A stretch of DNA of 64,000 nucleotides from Acidobacteriota bacterium (GCA_963666055.2 CAXWPH010000005.1:64001-128000); one strand, 5' to 3'; shown: positions 21,457 through 32,530, counted from the stretch's first letter. A program made the numbers and translations. Notes: a model not told the origin generated them from the letters alone.

Positions 21457-24165
21457 ATGGAACCCGGCACCCGACTCGGCCACTACGAGATCCTGTCCCC
21501 GCTCGGCGAAGGCGGGATGGGGCAGGTGTATCGAGCACGGGACACGACGCTGGATCGTGATGTCGCCATCAAGGTGCTGTCAGAGGACTTCGCCAGCGAT
21601 GCCAACCGACTGGCACGATTCGAGCGGGAAGCAAAGCTGCTTGCCTCGCTGAACCATCCCAACATCGCCACCATCTTCGGATTCGAGGAATCGGACGGTG
21701 TGCTCTTCATCGCCATGGAGTTGGTGGAGGGTGACAGCCTCGCCGAACGCATCGCGGCCTCGGGGCGCATCGAGATCGACGAGGCACTGGAGATCGCCCG
21801 CCGGATCGCATTGGCGCTTGAAGCGGCTCACGAGGCTGGTGTCATCCATCGGGATTTGAAGCCTGCCAACGTGCAGGTGTCACCCGATGGCACCGTCAAG
21901 GTGCTCGATTTCGGGCTTGCCAAAGCCTACGAGGTGGAAGGCAGCGATCCGTCGTCGGATCTGAGCCACTCACCCACGATGATGGCCGCCACTGGCACCG
22001 GCGTGATCATGGGTACGGCTCCGTATATGAGCCCCGAACAGGCACGAGGTACACCGGTCGATAAACGTAGCGACATATGGGCGTTCGGCTGTGTGCTGTA
22101 CGAGATGCTTGCCGGCAAGCGTGCTTTCGGCGGGGAGACCGTCAGCGACACCATGGCGGCAATTCTCAGAGCGGAGCCGGATTGGAGACTGCTGCCAGAA
22201 AGCACGCCATGGGTGATCCAGCGGCTGGTGAAGCGTTCCCTAAAGAAGAACCCCGCTGAGCGCCTACATGACGCAGCTGATGCTCGGGTCGAGATCGTAG
22301 ACGCCATCGCCGATCCGGACGCCGGCTTCGTACTCGTGACTGGCTCTGGTGGGGCTGGGAAGCCGTCGTGGCGACGGTACGTTCCAACTCCCGTAGCCGC
22401 CGGCCTCGGTGTCGCGGCTGTTGCAGCCACGTTCCTTGCAGTCTCGACCTCGATGCGCCAGGTACCGACAGCGCCGGGACCAACAATGCGCCTGGAGGTG
22501 CGACTCACCGATGATCTCCTCCTCCCTACGGGTGTTGTTTTATCGCCGGATGGCACACAGATCGCCTACGTCCTGAGTAGTGGGGTGGCCCAAAGCGAGC
22601 TATACGTTCGCTCATTCGATGAGCTAGAAGGCATTCGCCTGGTTTCTGGCTCTCCACACTCACCCTTCTTCTCACCAGACGGCCAGTGGGTCGGTTTCTT
22701 CACGGGCTCGGACCTCAAGAAAGTGCCCGTCACCGGGAGCATCCCCCAGACTGTCGTTTCCTCCGACGTGCTCCCCGCCACTGGGGCCTGGGGGGTTGAC
22801 AACACAATCATCTTTGGCTCCGTCGGCGGTGGCCTGTTCCGTGTGTCGGCCAACGGCGGGGAGCCGGAATCATTGACACGGCTGGATCAGGCAGAGGCCG
22901 GGCACGTTTTCCCGCAACTGCTGCCGGACGGCAAGGCGGTGCTGTTTACGTCCGTTACCTTAGACAATTCGATGGCCACCGAAGTGCTGCATCTGGAGAC
23001 GAGACAACGACGTGTCGTGCAACCGGGTGGCCAGGGACGTTACGCACCTACCGGGCATCTGGTGTATCAAGATCAGGGAGCCCTGTTTGCCGTCCCGTTC
23101 GACCTGGGACAGCTGCAGGTGAAGGGCTCGGCGGTACCCGTCGTGCAGGGGCTTGCCACCTTTTTTGATGCGCAATCCGCGCAGTTCGACTTCTCGAGTA
23201 CAGGAACACTGGCCTATCTGGGCGGTGCCGCTAGCGGCTCTCAGAGGTATCCCGTCGTATGGGTAGACCGGCAGGGCAACACGACACCGCTGTGGGACGA
23301 GCCCGGCGTCTACAGTACTCCTCGGTTGTCTCCGGACGGCACACGACTGGCCGTGCACGCCTCGCGGAACGACAACGAAGATGTGTGGATCTATGACCTG
23401 GAACGGGATGCGCCGACCCGGCTGACGTCTGATGCAGCCCGCGACACGAGTCCTGTCTGGTCGCCGGACGGGCAGTTTCTCGCATTCCAGTCGAACCGCG
23501 ACGGCACGTTGAACATCTATCGGACTCGTGCCGACGGCTCAGGAACCGTGGTGCGGCTGACAGACAGCGACAGGTCACAGTTCCCGGAGTCATGGTCTGT
23601 GGATGGAGGTTTTCTGGCCTACGCTGAAGTCGGCGTCGGGACCAACTGGGACCTGTGGGTGTTGCCGCTCGAGGGGGATGGGGAACCGCGGGTCGTCGGG
23701 AACAGCGTTGCCGCCGATACGTGGTCCGCATTCTCGCCGAATGGTCGCTGGATCGCGTACGCATCTTTCGAATCAGGAAGGAATGAAGTCTATGTCCGGC
23801 CCTTTCCTCCTGGGCCTGGGAGGCACCAAGTCTCCATCGGCGGTGGCGGCCAACCCAAGTGGTCAGGCGATGGACGTGAGCTTTTCTACCGAACCCATAC
23901 AGGGATCATGGTGGTTGCTGTAGAGACGGAGGGTGATTCCTTTGGCTACGGTACAGCCGAGCAGCTCTTCGAAGGGAGTTTCCGTGGTGGGCTATACGGA
24001 ATGATCGACACCGGTTTCGGATACGCGGACTATGACGTTACGGCCGACGGTCAGCGGTTCGTGATGTTCCCTGGCGGGAGTCAACGCCTGAGAGACAGCA
24101 GCCATGTGACGTTGGTCACCAACTGGTTCGACGAGCTGAAGCGGCTCGTGCCGACGGACCCGTAG
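21457..24165 (+). CDS. Ser/Thr kinase-TM-TolB/PD40 propeller protein
   Basis: HRDLKPAN, DFG, SPE, TM helix, SPDG repeats, C-terminal NWFDELKRLVP. Confidence 0.93.
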   Translation: MEPGTRLGHYEILSPLGEGGMGQVYRARDTTLDRDVAIKVLSEDFASDANRLARFEREAKLLASLNHPNIATIFGFEESDGVLFIAMELVEGDSLAERIAASGRIEIDEALEIARRIALALEAAHEAGVIHRDLKPANVQVSPDGTVKVLDFGLAKAYEVEGSDPSSDLSHSPTMMAATGTGVIMGTAPYMSPEQARGTPVDKRSDIWAFGCVLYEMLAGKRAFGGETVSDTMAAILRAEPDWRLLPESTPWVIQRLVKRSLKKNPAERLHDAADARVEIVDAIADPDAGFVLVTGSGGAGKPSWRRYVPTPVAAGLGVAAVAATFLAVSTSMRQVPTAPGPTMRLEVRLTDDLLLPTGVVLSPDGTQIAYVLSSGVAQSELYVRSFDELEGIRLVSGSPHSPFFSPDGQWVGFFTGSDLKKVPVTGSIPQTVVSSDVLPATGAWGVDNTIIFGSVGGGLFRVSANGGEPESLTRLDQAEAGHVFPQLLPDGKAVLFTSVTLDNSMATEVLHLETRQRRVVQPGGQGRYAPTGHLVYQDQGALFAVPFDLGQLQVKGSAVPVVQGLATFFDAQSAQFDFSSTGTLAYLGGAASGSQRYPVVWVDRQGNTTPLWDEPGVYSTPRLSPDGTRLAVHASRNDNEDVWIYDLERDAPTRLTSDAARDTSPVWSPDGQFLAFQSNRDGTLNIYRTRADGSGTVVRLTDSDRSQFPESWSVDGGFLAYAEVGVGTNWDLWVLPLEGDGEPRVVGNSVAADTWSAFSPNGRWIAYASFESGRNEVYVRPFPPGPGRHQVSIGGGGQPKWSGDGRELFYRTHTGIMVVAVETEGDSFGYGTAEQLFEGSFRGGLYGMIDTGFGYADYDVTADGQRFVMFPGGSQRLRDSSHVTLVTNWFDELKRLVPTDP

Positions 24166-24238
24166 CGGCGTCAGCGGAGTGTCGCGAGCCGATTCCCGTT
24201 GCACTATTTCTTGCACCACCGCGACCACACCCACCCGG

Positions 24239-25255
24239 CTACCTGTGCTCCTCGCTTCTGTCCTCATAGCGCGCGCCGCTCAACGAGTTGGAGAGGGAGT
24301 AGTTGCCTTCGTGACAGGAATACTCGTAGAGCAAGTCGTCGAAGCGCTCGAACAGAACCTCGCCGCCCCAGGTGCTCGCATACATCGTCGGGTCGTCGAT
24401 GGTGAACTCGTAGTGAATGGTCTCCTCATCGACTAGGGTGAAGCGCTCGATCACCTTGGCATCTTCCGAGGGAGGGACGCCGCGGTCCTCGACGTCGGCC
24501 GCGTTATCGCTGTGGAGCGCGTTATCGGGATTCAAGTTGGTGGTCTCGACAACGAGCGTGTCCCCCTCCCAACGACCCCACGAGTCACCGAACCAGGGGC
24601 GAACGTGGTTCGGAAGCGGTACGGGCTCACCGAGCCGGATGATCCGGACGTCGTGCACCATCTCGGTCATGATCATCACGTGATCGGCGTTCTGCACGAT
24701 CGTGTAGTTGCTGAGATAGAAGTAGTTGGGGAGCATCGGCGGACCGGCATTGGAGCCGAACGATACGAGGCAACGGTCTGCCAGCAGTAGGAGCTCGGGA
24801 TGATCGTTAGGACCAAACTGGCTCCTGAGCGCTGCACGCTCCTCGACCCGCCGGTGTCCCTCCAGCGTTAGCTCCGGCACGCGGCCATCCGCCGGATGTG
24901 TGATCAGAGAGCTTCTGGGCTCGCCATTGACGACCGTCACGCGCTCACCGGCCTCGCTCGGCGTCGTGCTGCAGCTCCAGCATTCGCCTGGCCCTCCTCG
25001 ATCCTCGATCTCCGCAACCTGTTCCGGGTTGAGAACGGCCCCCAGCCCTGGCGGACGCTGGACGGGAGTAAGTGTGGCGTTGGTCCAGTTCCCCTGGAGA
25101 TTCGGGTGGCCGTGCGGCGTCCTCGGCACCTGCCACTCTGCGGCGTCGGAGGCAGCATTCTGTGCCGCTGCGGTCGACCACAGTGTCGCCGCCGAAAACG
25201 AGATCACTGCTGTAGCCATGGCGCACAGCTTGAGCGGCAGCGCACATCGTCGCAC
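24239..25255 (-). CDS. Conserved hypothetical exported protein
   Basis: PRTPHGHPNLQGNW, GDSWGRWEGDTLVVETTN, YEYSCHEGN; start codon uncertain. Confidence 0.8.
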   Translation of the reverse strand: MRRCALPLKLCAMATAVISFSAATLWSTAAAQNAASDAAEWQVPRTPHGHPNLQGNWTNATLTPVQRPPGLGAVLNPEQVAEIEDRGGPGECWSCSTTPSEAGERVTVVNGEPRSSLITHPADGRVPELTLEGHRRVEERAALRSQFGPNDHPELLLLADRCLVSFGSNAGPPMLPNYFYLSNYTIVQNADHVMIMTEMVHDVRIIRLGEPVPLPNHVRPWFGDSWGRWEGDTLVVETTNLNPDNALHSDNAADVEDRGVPPSEDAKVIERFTLVDEETIHYEFTIDDPTMYASTWGGEVLFERFDDLLYEYSCHEGNYSLSNSLSGARYEDRSEEHR

Positions 25256-25271
25256 CAGGCCGGGCCAATAA

Positions 25272-26837
25272 CTACTGAATGAGCAGGAGCTCTCGTTGCG
25301 GCGGAGACAAACGCTCGACCCCATTTTCAGTGGCGATCGCTTGTTCATGGTTCCAAAAGGTCAAGTATTGGTCTTCGCCTTCGTCGGCAGGCGACGGCAT
25401 ATAGAAGAAGTACTCCAGAACGAAGTGGTGATTGGACGAGAGCGGCATGTCGAAAGCCCATTCCGGACCATAGGAACCCATTCTGGGGCCTAGGCCGGCA
25501 TCGAACCTCGCCTCACGCGCTCCCTTTCCCACCCCGTGGAGGTCGAAAGTAACCTGGGTATTCTCGGGGTCGAAGCCTTCAGGATAGACGTGAGAATCGT
25601 TGTCCCAGCACCCTTCCTCCATATATTGATACTGGCCGAGCACCGGCTTCAGGAAGCAGAGGCTCTCGAAGAGGTTCGGCTGAACCATAGGCACTTGCGG
25701 ATCTCTGACAATGATGCCGGCGTCGGCAAGCTTCTGCTGGTAGCTCTTCATTATTTCGCGGGGGGTAAGACCCGCCCGGATGGTCTCCGACAGGATCTCG
25801 GCGATCGTCAGATGTTCCTCCCACAACCTCTTGATGTCGGCGGGCGGTTCGGTCTCTCCGTCACGAAGCACATAGGCGAACAGTCCCTGGCTCGGCGCTG
25901 CAAGGATGTCGCCTCCTTGAACCACAGGGTCTTCCAAACCTTCACTGTTTCCGCGTTGCGATCGTCCGGCGCGCATACGGCGAAAGACAGTCAGGTCCAC
26001 CTCGCGAGTCTTGGTTACGCCCGGCACGATGTCGGCAAGAGCGCCCTTGAGGCGTTCGAGCTCGTCCGCGCGCATCTTCTTGAGCAGCTCGACCTCGCTC
26101 GGCACCGGACTGATGTTGTAGTCCATGATCAGATATTCGGACGACACCAGCCTGTCGGCGTATTCCTCACCGAGCTCCTCAGCTAGCAGGAGGTAGTCTG
26201 CGTGCGAAATCCCGTCGTCTGTTCTGGTGGAGGTCGCCCACGGAGCGAGACGGTCTCGGTAATTGACCGCGATGCGCTCCGGGTCGCGCGCTTCGACGAA
26301 GGCTCCGAGGCCCTTGAATCGGTAGTCATACTCCGTCATCGGGCTCGACAAGGGTTCGCCATAAACAACCGGCTCGCCGACGATGTCGTAGACGCCGAGC
26401 GCTTCCATCGGATCCGTGTAGTCGCTGCGGCTCTTCGCCAGCTCAGCCGACCAGTCCGAAAACAGGACACGCTGTGAAGCTCGCCAGCGACGCCCGATAA
26501 TTGCCCGCTCGATCCGATCAACACCACGGTCTGTGAAGACGAAGACACCGGAGGTACTGCCCAGCTCTTCCGCCCCGAACGGATCGGGAATTGCGGCGCG
26601 CATCACATGGATCCACATGTCGATGCCACGGTTCTGCATGATCTTCGGCAGGATGAGGTCGAACTTGTCCCGACGAATCTGGTTGTTCTCTTCGACGTAG
26701 CGTGAGGATCTGGCGCGCTCTTCTTGAGCCGAGGCAGCGGCGGGCAACAGGGTTGCAAGACCGAGCAGCAGCAACAGGCTCAAGGGGTTGGAGCAAGTCG
26801 TGCGGGAAACCGTCGAAGTGCTCCGCATGTGCGTCAT
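25272..26837 (-). CDS. Exported Xaa-Pro aminopeptidase (M24)-like protein
   Basis: AGGAG RBS, signal peptide, IRRDKFDLILP..IDMWI, DLHGVG, HEQAI. Confidence 0.6.
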   Translation of the reverse strand: MTHMRSTSTVSRTTCSNPLSLLLLLGLATLLPAAASAQEERARSSRYVEENNQIRRDKFDLILPKIMQNRGIDMWIHVMRAAIPDPFGAEELGSTSGVFVFTDRGVDRIERAIIGRRWRASQRVLFSDWSAELAKSRSDYTDPMEALGVYDIVGEPVVYGEPLSSPMTEYDYRFKGLGAFVEARDPERIAVNYRDRLAPWATSTRTDDGISHADYLLLAEELGEEYADRLVSSEYLIMDYNISPVPSEVELLKKMRADELERLKGALADIVPGVTKTREVDLTVFRRMRAGRSQRGNSEGLEDPVVQGGDILAAPSQGLFAYVLRDGETEPPADIKRLWEEHLTIAEILSETIRAGLTPREIMKSYQQKLADAGIIVRDPQVPMVQPNLFESLCFLKPVLGQYQYMEEGCWDNDSHVYPEGFDPENTQVTFDLHGVGKGAREARFDAGLGPRMGSYGPEWAFDMPLSSNHHFVLEYFFYMPSPADEGEDQYLTFWNHEQAIATENGVERLSPPQRELLLIQ

Positions 26838-27037
26838 ACTTTCTCCTCTACAGTGAAGGTGGCCGAACTCTGCCACAGGCACTGGCTGGTTTCCCGCAAA
26901 GCGCCGGCGAGATCCAGACATTCCACGAGCCACCGCTATCGCCGTTCGAGAGCGCAGGACTACCCACGCGCCGCGCGCGGTTCTGAACCACCGGTCAAGA
27001 TCAGACGCGTATCTCGATAATCTCCAGAGGGACCGAC

Positions 27038-27796
27038 ATGGACTTCACCGACAAGCGAGTTCTGGTAACGGGGAGCAGTCGGGGTATCGGCTTTGCGATT
27101 GCCAAAGCCTTTGTCGAGGCTGGCGCCCGCGTCGCCATCAACGGCAGAACAACGCACTCCGTGAGCGCCGCCATCGAGAGACTGGGCGATGGTGCGCGCC
27201 TGGTCGCAGCGCCCGGCGATATCGGCACCGTTCCTGGCTGCGAGTCGGCAGTGAGCACTGCGAACGAGGCTTTTGGCGGCCTCGATATTCTGGTGAACAG
27301 CGCCGGTATCGTGTCGGCCAAGCCCATCGAGGACAGCGACGAGGCGATGTGGGACGCTCAACTCGACATCAACCTGAAGGGCACTTTCTTCTGCTGCCGC
27401 GCGGCAATGTCCGAGTTGCGCAAGTCGAACGGCAATATCGTCAACATCGCCTCGGATGCCGGGCTGATGGGGTATTCAGGGGTCGCCGTCTACTGCGCGT
27501 CGAAGGCAGGGGTCGTCAACATGACCCGTGCCATGGCGTTGGAGGTCGCGCCAGACGTACGGGTCAATTCCGTATGCCCGGGCTATGTCGATACCGACAT
27601 GATCCGCCGCGACAATATCGACAAGAAAGAAGACCCGGCCGCGGCCGAGCAGAGGATGATCGACTACGCGCCGATGAAGCGCATCGCAACGCCAGCCGAG
27701 ATCAGCCACGCGGTGCTCTATCTGGCTTCATCCGAAGCGCGTTTCGTCACTGGTGCGGCGCTGGCGATTGATGGTGGCGTGACCGCTGGCCGTTGA
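27038..27796 (+). CDS. SDR family oxidoreductase
   Basis: TGSSRGIG, NSAG, YCASK. Confidence 0.93.
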   Translation: MDFTDKRVLVTGSSRGIGFAIAKAFVEAGARVAINGRTTHSVSAAIERLGDGARLVAAPGDIGTVPGCESAVSTANEAFGGLDILVNSAGIVSAKPIEDSDEAMWDAQLDINLKGTFFCCRAAMSELRKSNGNIVNIASDAGLMGYSGVAVYCASKAGVVNMTRAMALEVAPDVRVNSVCPGYVDTDMIRRDNIDKKEDPAAAEQRMIDYAPMKRIATPAEISHAVLYLASSEARFVTGAALAIDGGVTAGR

Positions 27797-27871
27797 GCTC
27801 TCGTCTGGCCCACCGGCAAGATCGAGCACCATCGTTGCCCTCGAGGTGGCCCCGTCTCGAGGGGGGATTTC

Positions 27872-29302
27872 TCAGGCGTATCCGATCCATACAGCCACGG
27901 CCAATGCGATCGAGCCCACGATCCAGATCTTCACCATGAAGGGCAGGATAAAGCGCAGCCAACGGTCGTACGGGATTGCCGCCATGGCCAGGGCCCCGAC
28001 GAGCACGGCCTGGGTGGGAACCAGGACATTGCTGAACCCGTCGCCGAACTGGAAGGCCAGTACCGCCACCTGCCGGCTGACGCCCGCGAGGTCAGCGAGG
28101 GGCGCCATGATCGGCATGGTGACATAGGCCTGACCGGTTCCCGAGGGGATGAAGAAGTTGGCGAGGCTCTGAACGAAGAACATCCCGACGGCGGAGAGCG
28201 CCCCTGGAAGCTCCTGAATCGGAAGGCTGATTCCGTAGACCAGCGTGTCCACGATGCCGCCCTCGTTCAGCACCACCGAGATGCCCCGGGCCACGCCGAT
28301 CAGCAGGGCAACGCTTGTGAAGCTCGCTGCGCCGGCGCCGAACTCCACCGCTGTGCGGTCGGGCCTCATGCGGGCGATGATCGCAATGATCAATGTGAGA
28401 GCGACGAAGAGTGCTTGCATCTCGACCAGAAACCAGCTCCATTGGCTCAGCCCGTAGACAAGCACGATCTGCGAGATGGCAACGGCGGCCAGGACCTGCT
28501 TGTGCGTAGTGGTCATCGGGGGATGGTCGGCGCCGGCCTCTCCATCTCCGCCACTGGAGATCGACGCCCCTTCGGGGGCGCTCACGTCGGCCACCAGGCT
28601 CGCCGCCGGATCCCGCCCCACCTTCTTGGCATAGGACCAGACGTGGTGAATGCCGATCGGCAGGAAGACGACCATGAGCACCATGCGGTACCAGAGCCCC
28701 GATGCGGGTTGGAGTCCCGCGATGTCCTGGGCGAGAAGAACGGTGAAGGGGTTGATGAGGGCAGCGCCGAAACCGACGCCATACCCGATCATGATGATCC
28801 CCACAGCCGTGATCCTGTCGTATCCGAGGGCGAGAGCCAGGGTGATGAGGACGGGTACGAAGGGAAAATACTCTTCGCCGAATCCGATGGTGCTCGAACC
28901 GACAGCGAACAAGGTAGTTCCGCCGGCCACCAACCAGAAAGGCCGATCCCCCCATCGCCTGAGGAGGGCCCCTATGACGGCATCCACCGCCCCCGTGGCG
29001 CGTAGAACGGCGAACGCACCCCCGATGATGAGGAGTAGGAAGATGATCTGGTGCGCTCCGCTGAGCCCCTTGGGAACGGCGGTCAGGCTGGCCAGGGGCG
29101 ACAACGCCGGAGCGTCGACGGTGAACTCGAAGCTACCGGGAACGACCTGGAGTCGCCCAGCGGCATTCTCCACTCGTTCGAACGACCCGGCGGGAAGCAG
29201 GTAGGAGAGGACCTGGCCCAGGATCACCATCGCGAACAGGATGACCAGCGTGTGTGGGACCTTCAGCCTACTTTCCGTCACCACCGGATCCTTTCTGCTC
29301 AC
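27872..29302 (-). CDS. YfcC/DcuC-like membrane transporter
   Basis: KVPHTLVI, NPFTV, PSGTGQA, AFQFGDG; many TM helices. Confidence 0.88.
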   Translation of the reverse strand: MSRKDPVVTESRLKVPHTLVILFAMVILGQVLSYLLPAGSFERVENAAGRLQVVPGSFEFTVDAPALSPLASLTAVPKGLSGAHQIIFLLLIIGGAFAVLRATGAVDAVIGALLRRWGDRPFWLVAGGTTLFAVGSSTIGFGEEYFPFVPVLITLALALGYDRITAVGIIMIGYGVGFGAALINPFTVLLAQDIAGLQPASGLWYRMVLMVVFLPIGIHHVWSYAKKVGRDPAASLVADVSAPEGASISSGGDGEAGADHPPMTTTHKQVLAAVAISQIVLVYGLSQWSWFLVEMQALFVALTLIIAIIARMRPDRTAVEFGAGAASFTSVALLIGVARGISVVLNEGGIVDTLVYGISLPIQELPGALSAVGMFFVQSLANFFIPSGTGQAYVTMPIMAPLADLAGVSRQVAVLAFQFGDGFSNVLVPTQAVLVGALAMAAIPYDRWLRFILPFMVKIWIVGSIALAVAVWIGYA

Positions 29303-29554
29303 GAGCTTCGTTCGTACGCGGGGCGCCCAAGCGATGGTCGCTGGGGCGAGGGTGCGGGTGAACGCGATCTCGCCCCGGCTACGTACTCACCCCGATGTAG
29401 CGGGCAGAGTACACTGCCGCCACGCTCGATTCGGTGAAGCGGAAGACCGTTCGGTCGACACGCGAAGCCGGAGGAGATCGCGGCACCGTTCGCCTCCGGC
29501 CGCCCCCGGGCGGGACGCCGGAGCAGCCGCTAATCAAGAAAGGGAATCGCTCGC

Positions 29555-30316
29555 ATGAGATTGGAAGGCAAGGTGGGCCTGATCACCGGGGGCACCGCCG
29601 GAATCGGCACTGCCACCGCGGTGCGCTTCGCGCGCGAAGGGGCATCCGTGGCACTGACGGGACGCAACTCGGAGCGCGGCGAGGCGGTGGCGCAGTCGAT
29701 CGCCGACGCCGGCGGCGAGGCGATGTTCATCCGCTCCGACGTGCGCCTCGCCGAGGATTGCCGGCAGGCCGTAGAGCAGACGCTGGAGCGCTTCGGCCGC
29801 ATCGACATCCTGTTCAACAACGCCGGGGTGTTTCATCCGAAGACCGTTCCGGACTGTACCGAGGAGGAGTGGGACGAGACGATCGACTCCAGCCTGAAAG
29901 GGGCCTTTCTCATGTCGAAGTACGTCATCCCGTCGATGATCGAGAGCGGTGGCGGCTCGATCATCCACACCAGCTCCGGCTGGGGCATCCTCGGCGGCGA
30001 CAAGGCGGCGGCGTACTGCGCGGCGAAGGGAGGCCTGATTGTCATGGCCAAGGCGATGGCGATCGACCACGGCCCCGACGGCATTCGCGTCAACTGCGTG
30101 TGCCCTGGCGACGTCGATACCCCGATGCTCCCCGACGACGCCGCCAAGCGTGGCCAGTCGTGGGAGGAGTATCTCGCCGGCTGCTCGGCACGGCCGCTGG
30201 GGCGCATCGGCACCGCAGACGAGATCGCGGACGCGGTGGTCTTCCTCGCCTCCGACCAATCTTCGTTCGTCACCGGCGAGTTTCTGGTCGTGGACGGTGG
30301 TGGCATCGCCGGCTGA
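29555..30316 (+). CDS. SDR family oxidoreductase
   Basis: TGGTAGIG, NNAG, YCAAK. Confidence 0.93.
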   Translation: MRLEGKVGLITGGTAGIGTATAVRFAREGASVALTGRNSERGEAVAQSIADAGGEAMFIRSDVRLAEDCRQAVEQTLERFGRIDILFNNAGVFHPKTVPDCTEEEWDETIDSSLKGAFLMSKYVIPSMIESGGGSIIHTSSGWGILGGDKAAAYCAAKGGLIVMAKAMAIDHGPDGIRVNCVCPGDVDTPMLPDDAAKRGQSWEEYLAGCSARPLGRIGTADEIADAVVFLASDQSSFVTGEFLVVDGGGIAG

Positions 30317-30367
30317 GCGCCCCAAGGGCAGAATCGCGCTCCGCCTTTGACAGCGCACGTGGTCGAT

Positions 30368-30811
30368 TTATCGCACCGTCGTGGCACCACCGATTCGGTC
30401 TTCAATCGCGGCCCTCTCTTCCGGCGTAATCGGTCGATCCGGTTCCGATGTAACGCGCTCGTGAAGCGCACGAAATTGCTCGACTAACTCCGGACTGTCC
30501 ATGAAATAGACGACCTTTAGGGGCTCGTCATTGTCCAGGTTCTCGATGCGGTGAACCGCGCTCTGTGGCACAAGAATCACGTCACCAGGTTCAATTGCTT
30601 CGGTTTTGTCACCCAACGTCGCGGCGCCCCGACCTGACACGACATAGAAAAGCTCATCGCCCTGGTCGTGAGTGTGAAGATTCGTTGTGTAGCCCCGCTG
30701 GAATGTTTGTTCAACCAGAATAGAGCCCAACGTTCCGGTCGTCGGCGATGCCTTGACGACAATGCCGTTCAGCAGCGGTTGACCCTCTCCCGTCTTGAGA
30801 ACGAATCCCAC
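30368..30811 (-). CDS. Cupin domain protein, 5' region probably decayed
   Basis: HTH..DELFYV and AVHRIEN; an in-frame lipoprotein-signal-like stretch (IILIGVGAC) lies upstream beyond a TGA. Confidence 0.8.
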   Translation of the reverse strand: MGFVLKTGEGQPLLNGIVVKASPTTGTLGSILVEQTFQRGYTTNLHTHDQGDELFYVVSGRGAATLGDKTEAIEPGDVILVPQSAVHRIENLDNDEPLKVVYFMDSPELVEQFRALHERVTSEPDRPITPEERAAIEDRIGGATTVR

Positions 30812-30979
30812 CTGCTCCCTCAGTCCGCGTCGCTGTCATCGGCTCCATCTCGCGCAGAGCCTGGGCGGAGTCTCTTCGGTGCACGCTCCAACTCCGATCA
30901 AAATGATCGCACAGAGAACCGTCGCATCATCGTTAGGACCAAACTGGCTCCTGAACGCCGCACGCTCCTCGACCCGCCG

Positions 30980-31057
30980 GTGTCCCTCCAGTTGGGGAGC
31001 AGGTCACTGCTTGTCTTCAAAGACGGTGGCGGTGGCCCAAACACTTGGGGCAGGTCA
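30980..31057. mobile_element. Two solo IS3-family inverted-repeat-like ends
   Basis: ..TTGGGGAGCAGGTCA (ends 31006) and TGGCCCAAACACTTGGGGCAGGTCA (31033-31057) resemble the IS ends at 49228 and 54032. Confidence 0.55.
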
Positions 31058-31111
31058 GTACCGCCTGGACCACGAACCGCTATGTAACGCAGTGTCTCCT
31101 GTGCGCGGATC

Positions 31112-32530
31112 TCAGTAGGGCAGAAAGTAGAGCACGATCGCCAGAAATGGGACGAGCAAGATCATCATGGTGATCGCGTAGCCGAACATGTCCCGAGCAC
31201 GGAGGCCGGTGATGGCTAGCAACGGGATGGCCCAGAACGGGTTGAGGAGGTTCGTGTGTGCGTCCCCGACCGCGTAGGCGGCGATCGTTTGGCCGTGAGG
31301 GATACCCAACTCGGCACCGGCCACCATCATGGGGCCACCGATGATCGCCCACTCGCCTCCGGCTGACGGCACGAAGATGTTGAGGACCCCTCCGGTGATC
31401 CAGGCGGTTACCGCGAAGTTCTCCGGTGTGGCGATCGAGAGCAGCGAGGCGGTCATGGTATCGACCAGCCCCGTTCCGGTCATGATTCCGATGATGCCGG
31501 CGTAGAACGGGAAGAGCAGGACGACTCCCGCGCTCCCCTGAACGGCGTCGTAGAACTCGCGCAGGTATTTGGTGGGACTGACGTAGAGCAAGAGTCCGAT
31601 CATCAGGAACCCGAAGTTGAAGTTATTCAGGTCCAGCGCCCCGAGGCCTTGCGTGAAGAACTGCCTCAGAAACAGCACGACACCGGTCAACGCGAGGACG
31701 CCACCGAGGATCCTGCTGTTGTCGATTCTGTCGGCTATCGCAGGCTTGGCGGCGCCGGCGCGATCCTCGGCCGGGGTCGGCTCCGGTGGCGCATCCCCAC
31801 CGTCGTCGTCCACGTAATACCCGATCGGCCTGCAGTTCTCATCGGGCGGGCTCAGCAGATACAGCATGATCGAGCAGAAGATGATCGACAGGACTGTGAG
31901 AATCAGCGGATAGGGATGGAACACCCACTCCGTCGAGGGGATCACGCGATCGACGAAGCCCATCTGCATCAGCGCATTTCCCTCGGTCGCTTGAAGGAGA
32001 CCCGCGGAACTGGACAGCCCCCATCCCCACGTCAGGCTCATCCCCATGTAGCCCGCCACGGCCAACAACGGATAGTGGGCAGCCATCCCGTTTCGTGCCG
32101 CCTGCTTGCCCATCTCACGGGCCATGATCCCCCCGAAGATGAGCCCCAAACCCCAGGAGACCCATCCGGCCAGCATCGACCCCACGCCTACCAGCACGAC
32201 GGCCTGCCGACCGTTCTTGGGAATCCGAACGAGGCTCAGGATCACACCCCTCACCCGTGGGTGATACGCCACCACATTGGCCGTCACGAGGATGATCACC
32301 ATCTGCATCGCGAACTGCAGCAGGGCCCAGAAGCCTCCGTACCATGACAGGGCGATCTCGGTCACTGCGGACCCTTCCGAGATAAATGCGGCGCCCGCCG
32401 CGACGTAGGTCAGGAGGATCGCGAAGAGGAACGGGCTCGGCATCCACCGCTCTACCCGGTCGGCGATCGCCTCCCCGAACTTTTGGACGGGAGTCATATT
32501 CGGCTCGATGACCTGCTCGGCAGTTGTCAT
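31112..32530 (-). CDS. atoE: Short-chain fatty acid transporter (AtoE family)
   Basis: ERWMPSPFLFAILLT, FAMQM, WGLGL, FPFYAGI, FVPSAGG, PFWAIPLL. Confidence 0.9.
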   Translation of the reverse strand: MTTAEQVIEPNMTPVQKFGEAIADRVERWMPSPFLFAILLTYVAAGAAFISEGSAVTEIALSWYGGFWALLQFAMQMVIILVTANVVAYHPRVRGVILSLVRIPKNGRQAVVLVGVGSMLAGWVSWGLGLIFGGIMAREMGKQAARNGMAAHYPLLAVAGYMGMSLTWGWGLSSSAGLLQATEGNALMQMGFVDRVIPSTEWVFHPYPLILTVLSIIFCSIMLYLLSPPDENCRPIGYYVDDDGGDAPPEPTPAEDRAGAAKPAIADRIDNSRILGGVLALTGVVLFLRQFFTQGLGALDLNNFNFGFLMIGLLLYVSPTKYLREFYDAVQGSAGVVLLFPFYAGIIGIMTGTGLVDTMTASLLSIATPENFAVTAWITGGVLNIFVPSAGGEWAIIGGPMMVAGAELGIPHGQTIAAYAVGDAHTNLLNPFWAIPLLAITGLRARDMFGYAITMMILLVPFLAIVLYFLPY

